The notes: generated by a model not told the origin, from the letters alone. A stretch of DNA of 64,000 nt from Octopus vulgaris (GCA_951406725.2 OX597816.1:83886001-83950000), one strand, 5' to 3'. Positions 27,866 to 41,140 are shown, counted from the stretch's first letter. Program-made: numbers and translations.

Positions 27866-28241
27866 CAGCCGGGTCAACTTCTCTGAGGAAAAGTCAGTAA
27901 ACCGAGAACAGGTCTGCCAAGAGACTCATTCATATTCACGCACAAGAACATTGTAGAAAGTGTGTGCGTATATCTTTATATAGGCCGCAGCAAATCTTTA
28001 TAATATTTAATTTTTTTCCTTTCTTCAGATATATGTTGTTGTCCATGTATGCAAGTGTACTAACACACACACACACACACACACACATGTTAGTACACTC
28101 ACACACTTGGACAACAGCATATATCTGAAGAAAGAAAAAAAATTAATTATTATAAAGATTTGCTGCGGCCTATATAAAGATATACGTACACACTTTCTGA
28201 ATCGGTTACTGATCGTTCCTCAGAGAAATTCTACCCGGTTG
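27866..28241. repeat. Imperfect inverted repeat centred on (CA)n
   Basis: Inner arms 27955-28065 and 28088-28198. Outer arms ~27866-27905 and ~28202-28241. About 50 bp of the left arm has no counterpart in the right arm. Confidence 0.95.
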
Positions 28242-28282
28242 TCTTTTACAATCAGTAGCATAGATCAGCTGCTTTTCGTGTA

Positions 28283-28406
28283 CAGTAATCCTTCGACCAT
28301 CGCAGGTGTTACGTTCCAACTCCGTTCCGTTACAGGTGAACCGCGATAGCTGAACAGCGATAGGTGAACTGCAATAGGTGAACCGCGATGTAGCGAGGGA
28401 TTACTG
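28283..28406. mobile_element. 124-bp pogo/Tigger-type MITE
   Basis: TIRs cagtaatccttcg and cgagggattactg, TA flanks, and four internal 14-bp units (aggtgaaccgcgat and variants). Confidence 0.85.
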
Positions 28407-28704
28407 TAGTTATGAATTAGGCTATCCCCTTGGTAGATAGCCTAATCTGCATACTTGTGAATTTGAACGTTCATCAATAATTAAAAACTTCTCTTTCTAT
28501 ACAAAACGAAACACACATGAAAAGAACTGAAATATAATTTTATATAATAGTGCCTCACTCTGGATTAAATAAATAAAAGTCTACGCACATACTTTCTAAA
28601 CTGTTCATTTGTAGGTCAAAAAAAAATGATAGAAGAAAATATTCACTGACTAACGTCACTCTAGTGGATTACAAATATACATACGTAAATTTAATTTCAT
28701 ATTA

Positions 28705-28990
28705 ATACCCATTGGTGTACTTTATTAATTAAGTCTCTAAGCCAAGTTCTGGAGAAGCTAGAAATTCCAAGCATAGAAAAGTATACCGGCCAACGCGAAC
28801 TTTACAGATATAAACCGTAAGTGAAACAGTAAAAATATGCAAGACTTTCTTAAAGTTTGCTATGTAATAATTATCGTTGTTATTATCGAAACTGCAACGA
28901 TGGAGCTTTTGTTAGAAAGCAACTTCCAAAGAGAAAACAAGGATGAAGGACATACATTCTTGAACATAAATCAGTATTGTGCTGCAACAC
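28705..28990 (+). mobile_element. 3' end of an R4/Dong-like LINE (same family as 11872-12520)
   Basis: Translation LQI*TVSETVKICKTFLKFAM* parallels LQIQSITGTVKIC at ~12475-12512. Confidence 0.65.
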
Positions 28991-29024
28991 TGCCACAACA
29001 AGGATTCAATACTTGACTTATCAC

Positions 29025-29498
29025 CAGGTCCGGATTAAAGCCCATAGAGACCCTAAGCACTTAAAGGTTTTGGTGCCCTCAAGTGTACGTAAACGGTTCA
29101 AAATGTAAACAAAAATGGCTCAAAATGTAAACAAAAATTACTCAAAATGTAAACGATAATAAACCATAAAATGATTTTTTATTCTTCAAAATGAAACAAA
29201 ATTAACAGATGGAAAATAATGTTTATTTTTATATGCTTTCATCTTATTTATATTTGAAACGTTTTCTATTTTCGTTTTTTCTTTGTTTTAATTGCAAAGT
29301 CTTCGATGATATCGTTAAAATTAATTTTACCTAAAACTTCTGCTTGTATACTTAGTAGAGATAAGGCATTACGGATATTATTTTAGCAAGTTTAAAGTGA
29401 TTTCATTTGTACCGTAAACCATTTTCATTTCTGTGGTGCCCCCGTCCCTTGATGCCCTAAGCACGTGCTTGTTTTGCTTAATGATTATTCCAGCACTG
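29025..29498 (-). mobile_element. Non-autonomous hAT element with transposase C-terminal remnant
   Basis: Perfect 8-bp TSD cttatcac at 29017-29024 and 29499-29506; imperfect CAG-starting TIRs (caggtccggatt and attccagcactg). Minus strand ~29370-29271 reads NALSLLSIQAEVLGKINFNDIIEDFAIKTKKKR, resembling the end of the hAT dimerisation domain. Confidence 0.9.
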
Positions 29499-30335
29499 CT
29501 TATCACATAGTGTAATACCAATAAAATTCTACATTATGTAAATGGTAAATATAAAATATAATACAATATAATATAGTCTGTTGCATTACTGTTTTAAAAT
29601 TGTACATAATATATTAAAGAGGGCCAAATCTATGTATTAAGTCGTGTATATAACTTGATATAGTATCATATACATATACGTGTATGTATACACATATGTA
29701 CTTATGTTTTACCAGCGTGCCTTCATGGTTGCACGAAGTTGGTCCCAATGCTGGAGTCGACTTTGCTCAAATCTTTGAACTAAAGGAAAATGGGAATGGC
29801 ACCAGGTCCTGCGTTCTGATGCTTTGTTTTCCCAAGAAGAAAAGGGAATATTGCATCAGTTGAGATTGTATTTTAGTTTGTTTTTGAAGCGCAAGTGTAG
29901 CCTTACAACTGACCTTCCTATATATGAGAGAGGAAGAAACAGGATAAAATGAAAAAAATAATCATAACCTTATTACCACTGGTCAAGTTCTATAGACGTG
30001 TACACGTACACATATACATATGCTCGCACACACTTACTCTAGAGACATTGGACATGCTACAGTTTTAGTCAATACAATTGAACCCAGCCGGCGGTAGATG
30101 ATCCCAGCCTATAATGCTTTACAGTAAATATTATCTTGGCTCCTTCTGATTAAGATTGAACTTCTTAACCGTTCGGCCATATTGCATCCGTCTAACTATA
30201 CATACAATCAATTTCATTTTATATGCGCTCTCGCCCTCTCTTTTTTTCGACTTATGTATATATCTATATGAAAAACCCTCTCAAAACCATGTAAATCCTT
30301 ATCGCATCATATCTACACACATTCACACACATGCG

Positions 30336-30378
<43 letters not shown>

Positions 30379-30422
30379 ACACACACAAACAGTTACAGAA
30401 AATCACTTATATAAACCCACAG

Positions 30423-30833
30423 ATGTAGGAGTGGCTGTGTGGTAAGTAGCTTGCTAACGAACCACATGCTTCCGGGTTCAGTCCCACTGCGTGGCACTTT
30501 GGCTAAGTGTCCTATACTATAGACTCGGGCCGACCAAAGCCTTGTGAGTGGATTTGGTAGACGGAAACTGAAAAAAAAACCCGTCGTATATATGTATATA
30601 TTTATATGTATGTGCGTGTGTATATGTTTGCATGTCTGTGTTTGTCCTCCCAACATCGCTTGACAACCGATGCTGGTGTGTTTACGTCCCCGTAACTTAG
30701 CTGTTTGGCAAAAGAGACCGATAGAATAAGTACAAGGCATACAAAATAATAAGTCCTGGGGTCGGTCGATTTGCTCGACTAAAGGCGGTGCTCCAGCATG
30801 GCCACAGTCAAATGACTGAAACAAGTAAAAGAG
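30423..30833 (+). mobile_element. Full-length SINE family B (tRNA-like head, CORE-like segment, internal microsatellite)
   Basis: ggagtggctgtgtggtaag...gggttcagtccc, then gtggcactttggctaagtgtc, an internal (TA/TG) tract and the tail aaacaagtaaaagag. Near-identical to 43334-43765. Confidence 0.92.
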
Positions 30834-31360
30834 GAAAAGATTACGTACAGAGGTACTTGACGAATATTCAGTCTTTGTATTTATCATTTGCTCTTTTATT
30901 TATGTTTTGTAAGTTACTTTTCTTTTTGTTTTTAGACGTCATAGTAGTCTTTGTTATTATTGTTACTGTTGTTGCTTACATCATAGTTATTGTTGTTTCT
31001 ATGTTGTTGTTATCTATAGCTTTGATATGTTTTTTTTTTAATCATTACTATTCAAACCGCTCCTTTTATTGGTATCTTTTCCCGTTGTGGTTGTTGTTGG
31101 TGTTACTGTTGTGGTTGTAAACACGTTGTTTTTTATTCAGTGTACTTGTTATTGTTATCAATCATGTTGCTCTGTTTGTTTTCGTTGTTGCTCTCATCGT
31201 CATCATAATCGACAGTGTTTTTATTATTGTTGATGTTGTTACGGGTGCTGGTCGTCGTGGCGGTGTTGGCAATGGTGATTATATTGTTGTTCTTGTTTAT
31301 GTTGCCTGACATAATTCTGTTTTCGTTTTAATTAGAGATATTCTTACATGAAGATTAGCA

Positions 31361-31399
<39 letters not shown>

Positions 31400-31550
31400 A
31401 ACACATGTATACTCACACACGCATTCAGAAGCTCGCGGGAATGTCTAACTACTATCAAAAATACACAAATACACATATATATTGACACACCCATGTACAC
31501 ATTCTCTTAAATACAAGCATATACAGAAACACACGCACATATTTACTGTT

Positions 31551-31599
<49 letters not shown>

Positions 31600-31789
31600 C
31601 ACATATACGCATAAAGCCAAGATGACACACGCATGTGCAATAATGTTGCACGATATCCCATACATATTCACACACAAAGCCAATCACTCATACGCAACAT
31701 ATTCTTGAGCTACGCCTGCACACATATACAGACTGACATCAACTAACACGTACGCATGCACATTCAATACCAGTTCATGTGGGTGTCTT

Positions 31790-32146
31790 CTATCTGTTAT
31801 TTGTTAGACTGCAGTCATGCTGTAGCACCGTCTCGAAGAAATTCTGTCCTACGAATCGACCTCTGTAGTTATTGTTTTTCTAAGTCTGGTACTAATCCTA
31901 TTGCTCTATTTTACCGAATCGTTAATGTTGCAGGAACTTAAACACATCAACACCGCTTGTCAAACGGCAGTGGGACCCCCCCCGCACACACACAATCCGT
32001 TTCTTTTAGTCTACACATACTAAATCTACGTACAAGGCTTTGGTTGGTCCGAGGACACAGTAGAAGACACTTGCTCTAAGTACCACGCAGTAGGACTGAA
32101 CCCGGAACCATGTGGTTGGGAAGCAAGCTACTTACCACACAGCCAC
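31790..32146 (-). mobile_element. Older SINE family B copy, inverted relative to the 30423 copy
   Basis: The head at 32035-32146 is clearly the reverse complement of the family B head; the tail is diverged. Confidence 0.8.
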
Positions 32147-32394
32147 AAAGATTAAGCCTTACAACACTACGCTGCCCTTATATCTATATGTACATATACA
32201 TATATGTATATATATATATATATATATATGTGAGTGTGTGTGTATATATATATATATATAAAGAGAGAGAGGCTTTATTAGACACGACTACAGATTCCAG
32301 CAACGAGATACAAGTATAAAACGAAGATGGATAGTTATAGCGATATACAAGAAAATCCCTAAATATCAGTAGAGCTTATATAATGATTAAGAAG

Positions 32395-32602
32395 GAGAAT
32401 GCAATGAACAATTAGCTTCATTAGATAAGTTTACAGTTGTTTCATAGGTATTTTATTAGAAGATTATTGCTATATTTTTTGTTCATATAAACGGATTTTA
32501 TACCTAAGGAGTAGGTATTTTTCCAATATAGCAATATTCTTCTGTTTCAATATCGATGAAGCAATTGTAAAATTATGTAATGAAACTAATTACTCCATTC
32601 TC
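32395..32602. repeat. Old diverged inverted repeat (~80-bp arms) in a Penelope-like terminal sequence
   Basis: gagaatg..aattagcttcattagataagtttacagttgtttcat..agaagattattgctatatt is mirrored by aatatagcaatattcttct..atgaagcaattgtaaaattatgtaatgaaactaatt..cattctc. Confidence 0.85.
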
Positions 32603-32799
32603 TTCGTAGATAATTTGCACACTCACGCACGCACACACATACACACACAGAGAGTCATGGCATAAAGTTTGGAACATTTTTTTAAAAACTAAAATTGTTA
32701 TGCCCAAGTAGAATTCGATTCAAATATCTAAAACGTAATATATATGGGCATTTAATATAAAAAATTCTGATGTTTGAGACCATTTATACATGGTTCAAA

Positions 32800-32970
32800 A
32801 TTGTACAAAAACAAAAGATAGAGACAGGTCAAGGAACAACAGACAAGATGTATTAATTTGATGATCTAGAAAAATAGAAGATGCGTGGACGTTTCGAGTT
32901 TACGCTCTTCTACCTATAGAAATGTAGAGAGAAAGAGACGGAGAGAGAAAAAAAATGGGGAGAAAAACGT
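32800..32970 (-). mobile_element. Family D repeat, diverged
   Basis: Contains gacgtttcgagtttacgctcttctac, and upstream aaaacaaaagat...gacaggt...gatgtattaattt, as in 3172-3365. Confidence 0.7.
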
Positions 32971-33120
32971 GTAGGTAAATAGACAGATAGATAGACAGAT
33001 AAATAAGTGTGTGTATCTTCCGTTCATATTACTGTATGCTGACCTGTCTGTCAATTTATATACTCATTCTCCTATCATTCTTCGATTATAATATGTCTCG
33101 CTGTGCACGCATACACACAT

Positions 33121-33151
<31 letters not shown>

Positions 33152-33476
33152 TATATATATATATATGTATAAACACACACAGATATGAACATACACACGT
33201 GTATGCATGTATATGCGTAAAGATCCATTGACTGCTATCTCAATAGTCAAACTTTCCAATTTGATTCTAAGGAGCTGGCTGCCTTCCATTGATGGGTATT
33301 TAATTGATATATTAGGCTAAAGGTTATACAGATAACAAAGCCAAAACGAGGGCCGCTCTCACTTCGTGGTCTGCAGAGGAGCCAACTTTATTGTAATCAC
33401 GTTTTTCATACGGGCACCTGCACAAATCATTGTGTGTGTGCGTGTGTGCATGTGTGTATATATGTATGCGTGTGTA

Positions 33477-33553
<77 letters not shown>

Positions 33554-34139
33554 ATTGCCAAAAACAGTCGCTTTTCTTACACAAATCTGTTAAATACGTA
33601 TATGAAAGTAAGTTTCTTTCTGTGTATCAGCAATGCTGTTGTAATATATTCTTTAAATTCCCATTTTCTAAAAGAAAATAAGTTTTGACGTATGAAGACT
33701 CACTGCAGTTCCTACAGTTAAACGAAAGACCTGGAAGAAATGTTTACCATAAATTTCGGTTTAACTAACGTTATATTTTTCCTAAAATAAGTCTTCAATT
33801 TTTCTCTTGCATTCTTTAGGATGAAGGTTATACTTTCCATAAAACAATTTAAACTTCAGACAGGCTATCTGTGTTAAATTTACCCTGTTCTCGTACTCTG
33901 GGCGTAAAGGAAAAATTTATAGACCACAAGTCTACAAATTCAACAGAAACTGTACGTAGCTAAACCAAAATAATGATAAAGGATGTGGATGTGTTGAGTT
34001 GAGATCATGATGCAACTAGCCATTTACTCGGGTTCTCTGAAACTTTCTTGGCTCTGAATAAAAGAAAATACAGGAGGACCACTTAATTATGATCTTATTC
34101 AAAATATTTCAGTCTCAGATTCACACACTTATTGCAGCA

Positions 34140-34193
<54 letters not shown>

Positions 34194-34241
34194 ACATACA
34201 CACACACACACATATATATATATACATATACATATATACAT

Positions 34242-34301
<60 letters not shown>

Positions 34302-34305
34302 ATAT

Positions 34306-34364
<59 letters not shown>

Positions 34365-34384
34365 CCTTTACAAGAAGTATATTC

Positions 34385-34513
34385 ATTTATAGCTGAGTGA
34401 CTGGAGCAATGTGAAAGGAAGTGTTTTGCTGAAAAACTTACTGCCTTTGTGGGAATCGAAACTACGATTACATGATCGCAAATGCAACGAGTTAAGTACT
34501 AGTTCACGTACCT
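34385..34513 (-). mobile_element. Degenerate SINE family C head
   Basis: agctgagtgactggagcaatgtgaaaggaagtgttttgct...gggaatcgaaactacgat. Confidence 0.7.
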
Positions 34514-34879
34514 TCAAACACACACATGCATACATGTGTGTGAATGTGTGGGGTGAGTATTGTACATATATGCATGTATGTGCACATGGTGTTTATGTAA
34601 ATAATAAATTAATATACGACGAATGAAATAATCGATCTCAAGCCAGCGGGAAGTCGTGGACATAAGAGAGTTTAACTAAAACTTGAAAGTACAGTAAACT
34701 ATTTCTAGGTATATTTTTACGTTTAATCATATTCAAATACACTTTGTAAATAACGTGCTGAGAAGGAGCGTTGTAACTTTATACAGTACAATTCATAAAG
34801 AAAACTTTATACGAACGGTCGATCTGTTGCAAATGACAGTCTAATGTTTTTCTAGCATACCTTTTTAGAAAAAGATTAG

Positions 34880-35330
34880 TTAAGGTCAATCTACGGATTA
34901 AAGTAGCAGAAAGGCCTAGTGCCCCAATAAAATCCCTTGTCTGTAGAACTTAACCCTTCGATAGGTCCTCATGTACGGAAAATAATTATATTGCATGTAG
35001 GATGAACCCACAAGTTAACTGTAACGTTAGGAATACAGTGTATAGCTTACGATGTACTGAGGGACGGTGCAGAAGCATGACAACTACTTACATTGCAGAG
35101 ACAGCACGCAGCATATGAGAGCGTATAGGTGAACACTGGCTTAAAGAAGATAAGGCTCGTCAGTGCTCTACCAACATGCTCAAGCAGGACATGTTTCAGG
35201 CTCAGTCAATAGCATAGAGGTCAAAGTATTATCAACGTATAGAACTGACACATCACTTAGACAGATCACAGAGGCTACACACATAGCAATTGATAGTCGA
35301 GCCTCAACAGAAAACACGAATGGAACAATA
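34880..35330 (+). pseudogene. Penelope-like element GIY-YIG endonuclease relic (second, different family)
   Basis: Manual translation: VNLRIKVAERPSAPIKSLVCRT*PFDRSSC...C...NCNVRNTVYSLRC...TTTYIAETARSI*ERIGEH; after a frameshift, ALYQHAQAGH...KVLSTY...LRQITEATHI (ORF 35163). The VY..YIG-ET.R..R..EH signature is recognisable. Confidence 0.85.
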
Positions 35331-35559
35331 ACACCCACCACCACATCACACAACATGGCGACTAAAGACTGAAGGGAGAAAAAACAGATTTAAACAGTGT
35401 AATACACATACAATAGAGATTTATACACATACCTATGATAAATATAAAAAATAGAGCCATAAAAATAACTTTATAAAGGGCCCATATATACACTTATTCG
35501 GTAACTTCACAGATGACTGCAACAATATCGACAACACGACTAACAACAATGGCAACAGC

Positions 35560-35624
35560 AACAACAACAACAACTACTACTACTACTACTGCCGCTACTA
35601 CTACTAACACTACTACTGCTGCTG

Positions 35625-35661
<37 letters not shown>

Positions 35662-35713
35662 CGCTACTACAACTACCACTACTACTGCTGCTACTACTAC
35701 TACTACCACTACC

Positions 35714-35766
<53 letters not shown>

Positions 35767-35768
35767 GG
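35560..35768. repeat. (ACT/ACC/GCT)n trinucleotide tract
   Basis: Read directly; source of the poly-Thr/Val/Ser pseudo-ORFs. Confidence 0.95.
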
Positions 35769-36202
35769 CAGTAACGTTGGCGAACACACAAACAGTCGCA
35801 AGAACGGTGCAAAAGTCGGGTTCAAGAGCAGCAGCAGCGGCAACGGGATAGGGGACGGGCTGTGGAGAGGGTCATAGTACTACTAAGGAAATGACACACA
35901 CACAAACGCACACATACACACACACATACACATGTGCTCACACAAACACAGACGCATGCGCATATAAGGCTACACATCATAGAAGAAAAGAATGGAATAA
36001 GCAGAACAAGATCACACACGAAGACGGAAAGTGTCGCTGAGGAGGTCACAAATGTGTAACGAAGGATTTCCGAACAATAGGCATGAGTTAGAATAAGATC
36101 AGCAATAAACGAGTGACGAAAGATTATACAGTGCGTGTACTTATTTAATAAAAAAAGAATGACCGTCCCGAAATACAACAGTATCTATCTATCTATCTAT
36201 CT

Positions 36203-36279
36203 TTCCATCTTCGAAGAGAATAGCTCTACATTTGTATTGGTCCCCTCTGTATTCAGCCATGTGTGGCCAATAAAGAAAG

Positions 36280-36280
<1 letters not shown>
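36203..36280 (+). mobile_element. Probable 5'-truncated retroposon 3' end embedded in (TCTA)n
   Basis: A short complex segment ending gtgtggccAATAAAgaaagt, flanked on both sides by (TCTA)n. Confidence 0.4.
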
Positions 36281-36355
<75 letters not shown>

Positions 36356-36693
36356 ACACAGACATACACACACACATATATGTATATAAACATATGAATG
36401 CTTGTGCCTCTATGTGCATGTGTGTGTGACCGTGCGTTTGCGTGTGTGCACCCAAAGTTAGTCAAATATATATATACTGTCTAATATAATAGCTGTAGAG
36501 TCTCATATGACGTAACAAGGTGAGTTGAAATCGTCGATTAACTAAGATTATCCGTCCACATAGTCGACAAATTACCATCTATGAATATATAGAATTTTAA
36601 ACGTAACAAACAAGGGAGATAATTTCAATAAAATGGCTGAGTGCAGTAAGACAATGTATCTTGTATGTGTAAAGGTAAGTGGTGAAAGCAGAT

Positions 36694-36725
36694 GACATGT
36701 TTCGGTCTAAATGGATCTCGTCTGT
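36694..36725 (-). ncRNA. Decayed minimal hammerhead motif
   Basis: Minus strand: CAGACGA-gatc-cattta-gacc-GAA-ACATGT-C. Stem III is palindromic with a GUC triplet, but U4 is changed to A and stem I is not evident. Confidence 0.45.
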
Positions 36726-36780
36726 GAAACATATTCTACTCATTTGACTCTACTAAGAATAAACGATATGTACGAATGAT

Positions 36781-36811
<31 letters not shown>

Positions 36812-38289
36812 GGAGAGAGAGAGTAGCAAAAAAGAGAAAGGGGAGAGGAAAAGAGGAAGAGAGAGTATGACGAAAGTATTTTCGATCAATCATATTCCTG
36901 ATATCTCAATGTAGTTGTATGAACACGTAACTGGATATAGAGTGAAAAAATATATAATCCCTACCCCCTCCTTTATGTTTGTGTATGTGTGTATATATGT
37001 ATGTGTGTGAGAGAAGGAGAGCGAGAGTGTGTATGTGTGTATATAGATATGTGTGAGTATTTATATGTATGCGTGTGTGTGCATATATATATTCATGTTT
37101 GTATGATTGTGTATGTGTGTGTATGTGTCTCTATGAATGTAACTATAAAAGAATTTGAGCAACAGGTGCGCAGTTTTCATATAAACTATTTATCTTTACC
37201 TGGAATAACTATCTTCAGAGCTTTGCAGAATGCTTTTATTCTACAGCGAGTAGATTTTAATTCCCATGAGAATTATCACGTTTGGATATCAGTAATTCTC
37301 TTGGGAGACGTTTGAATGTCACAGCTTCCAGTCTGAACATTCCCACAATATAATGCATTTGTAAAAGAATGTAGGTTGTTCTTGGTATATTGTATTACAC
37401 AGAAATATATTTAAAATATTTCATATAATAGAATTTGCCTCGAGTTGTATTAGCAGATTTTATATCATCCTATACATCTCATATTCTCCCGCTCTCCTGC
37501 TCTCCCGACATCCATATCTATATCACGACCACTATATCAATCTATTTATCTATCTATATCTATTCATCTGTCCATATTTTTCTATCAATATCTATGTATG
37601 CATATCTATTTAACTGTCTGTATCTATTTATCTAATTATCTATATAAGCACACATACTCACGTATGTGAGTGTATGTTTGTGCGTGTAGTTGTGGAAGCA
37701 GGACCAGTAAAGGGTGGATGGTGGTTTCAAATCGTAATACACCACTGTAAGTTAAACCACTGAGAGCATAAGACTGCCACCTGGACTGGACGCAGTTTTT
37801 AAGAAAGTTAACTCCCATCTGCTATTGGTAATTATTTTCAGTGGAGTAACATAGACTGAAGTGGTTTCCATAATGACTCAGCAAGGCATTCGATCAGGTA
37901 ATCGAAGACTTGATCTAATGATCATGAGTTCGGTTATCTAAGTTTAATAATGTAATCTCTAGACCATGTTAATCACTTAAAAGACAGGCGAACACATCAC
38001 TGAGATCGTAATGGCTTTCAGGGAACAGCTAATTGGTAGAAAGATAAACCCATGTGCTGTTCGTTGAACTTTTAGCATTTGCTTATAGATACATAAATGC
38101 ATGCATGCATATGTGTGTGTATACATCTATACACATAGAAACACATACATGCATGCATACATACATACATACATTCATATATATATATATGTATGTACAC
38201 GCATACATTTATACATATATGTACATACGCTTATATATGCATATATATATGTATATGTGTTTATATATATGTGTGTGTGTATGTACATG

Positions 38290-38331
38290 TATATATATGT
38301 AAATGTATATATATATATATGTATATATATA

Positions 38332-38402
<71 letters not shown>

Positions 38403-38555
38403 TATATACATATATATATATACATATACTATATATATATATATACATATATATATACATATATGTATATATACATTATATATATGTATATATACATATA
38501 TATATATACATATATATATACATATATATATATATACATATATATATACATATAC

Positions 38556-38629
<74 letters not shown>

Positions 38630-38640
38630 ATATATATTTA
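38290..38640. repeat. ~350-bp interrupted (TA)n/(TACA) tract
   Basis: Read directly from the sequence. Confidence 0.95.
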
Positions 38641-39899
38641 TAGTAGAATAACAAATAGAATATCCTTGGTACAGTATTATATATTTGAAAAAATGAATAG
38701 CACTGGCTTTTCTGATAATTTTTCCAATTTAGTAATTAGTGGAAAAATTATCAGAAAATCAATTTTTATTCATTTTCTCAAATATATTTATATGTATGCG
38801 TACATACATCATACCTAATTACACACATACATACAAACTCACATACATACTTACACACACACACACATACATCTATGTATATGCATGTATACATCTGTGT
38901 GTGTGTGTTTGTGTGTGTGGTTATACACGCATCCAGATGAATTCTATGAGACATAAAAGGTGTATTGTCTCGGTTTATTCCGTCAATTGAAAGATAACTA
39001 CTAACAGGCTTTAGCTGATATACATACACACCTACACGCTTACGTTAACAGCATTCGCATGATCCTGGTGTTTTCAAGGTGAAAGTTCTTTGAGATGATC
39101 AGCAAATATTTACTTTGAGGACTTACTCACGTCAAATGCCCATTTACGCTCGACCTCACTTCACTCGTAACACAATCATAATTGTGGCGAGTGCAACTGG
39201 GTCGCAAACAAGCCACGTAACAAACTTGTAAGCTGCCGAGTTTTTAAAGGCAAGGGAATATACGTGCATTTATGTGCTTATAATCTATAATACGTGTGTG
39301 TGTATCTGTGTGTGTATTTAAGTATGTGTATATGTATGTGTAACTATGTGTGTGTTTACACGTATATAACGATGCATATGTATATATGAACTGGAATAAG
39401 ATAACATGAACCGTAGAAAAAATAAATACATCGCTACACTTAACCTGACATAGCGGGCGGGCGACCTGATGTTTATAGTATTCAAGTCATTTACAATTTC
39501 ACTAAAGGCCGACGCCATTGTCTCCAGCGTTTTTAAAACAGATATGAAAGCAAGAGCGTCAAAGAAGATCTAAAGAGGGTTTCAAGAATTATATAAGGAA
39601 ATTGATGGACAGTGAACATGCTAATCGCGTCATATATTGCGTTAATGAGCACTGCAGTGAGAACCAATACGGTGTGTGATTTACTTATACATAGATATAC
39701 GAATTCATAACCCTACAAATATTATTTCGTCGTGAACTTAGGCTACTGAAAGCCTTTCTGGAACTTTCCATTAAGGTTTGAATCAATCATTTCGTCTAAT
39801 TTTACAACTCACTGAGACTAGGGTATTTCTTCTTCCTAACATACTTCGAAAAAGTAGTGGAGACTGCTTAATAAAAAATACAAATAAAGTATTATGTTT

Positions 39900-40345
39900 A
39901 TCGTTTATCTTTTAATTCTTTCGTTCATCAGACTGTTGAAGGTAGTCCTCCAAGTACATGGATACCTTTTCCTTCTTCCTCGCTCTCCCCCTCTCTCTCC
40001 CTCTACCACTATCACTCACTTTTTTTTATAAGTCTAGATCATAATTTGCCTAAATCTTGCGGAACCACTACATTACCGGGATGTAAAAAAGTCAACGGCT
40101 GTCAAGTGATGGGGTGAGGGTGAGAGATGATCCGGCATAAAGATATTCACACACACACGTATACTTTCATATACGCTCAATACACTACACACACATATAT
40201 ATACGTACATATACACATATATACACACAACAGCTTCCACAATATTCGACTACCAAATCGACTTGTAAGTCCGAGGCTATAAGAGAAGATATTTACTCTA
40301 AGTGCCGCGCAGTGTGGCTGAATCCTAGACCACGCGGTTCAAAGC
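39900..40345 (-). mobile_element. Old degenerate SINE family B copy
   Basis: gtccgaggctataagagaagatatttactctaagtgccgcgcagtgtggctgaatcc is the reverse complement of the family B head/core. Confidence 0.6.
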
Positions 40346-40414
40346 GAGTTAACTTTTCTTGAAGTCTGGTCAGAGGGTTCTTCATATGCACTTACACTGA
40401 ACTACTAGCTATAC

Positions 40415-40461
<47 letters not shown>

Positions 40462-40564
40462 TATGCAGTTACATGCATATGAATGTGTAGGTAGGGATAT
40501 ATACATGAATATATATTTATATGCATACATATACGCACACATATATGCATACATGCATATCTAC

Positions 40565-40619
<55 letters not shown>

Positions 40620-40626
40620 TATATAC

Positions 40627-40719
<93 letters not shown>

Positions 40720-40721
<2 letters not shown>

Positions 40722-40870
40722 TCTCTGCTTGTTTTTTCTGTGTCCCTTTCTGTAGAAGAGCGCAGGCTCGAAACGTAAAAGACTTTTTCTATTCCTGAGC
40801 GTTATACTAATATATATGTTTGTTTTGTACACCACCTGTCTTCGACTTTTGTTTTTTTCGTAAACTCCCC
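40720..40870 (+). mobile_element. Family D repeat with hammerhead-like motif between long (TA)n tracts
   Basis: 40746-40781: cttt-CTGTAGA-A-GAGC-gcag-GCTC-GAA-ACGT-A-aaag. Confidence 0.85.
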
Positions 40871-40871
40871 T

Positions 40872-41140
<269 letters not shown>

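Noticed and set aside
28333-28390. Short regular repeats resembling a CRISPR array
   Set aside because: Contiguous 14-bp units without spacers, inside a MITE in eukaryotic DNA.
35494-35851. Poly-Thr 'mucin-like' ORF and antisense poly-Val/Ser ORFs
   Set aside because: Pure trinucleotide microsatellite with no signal peptide or splice context.
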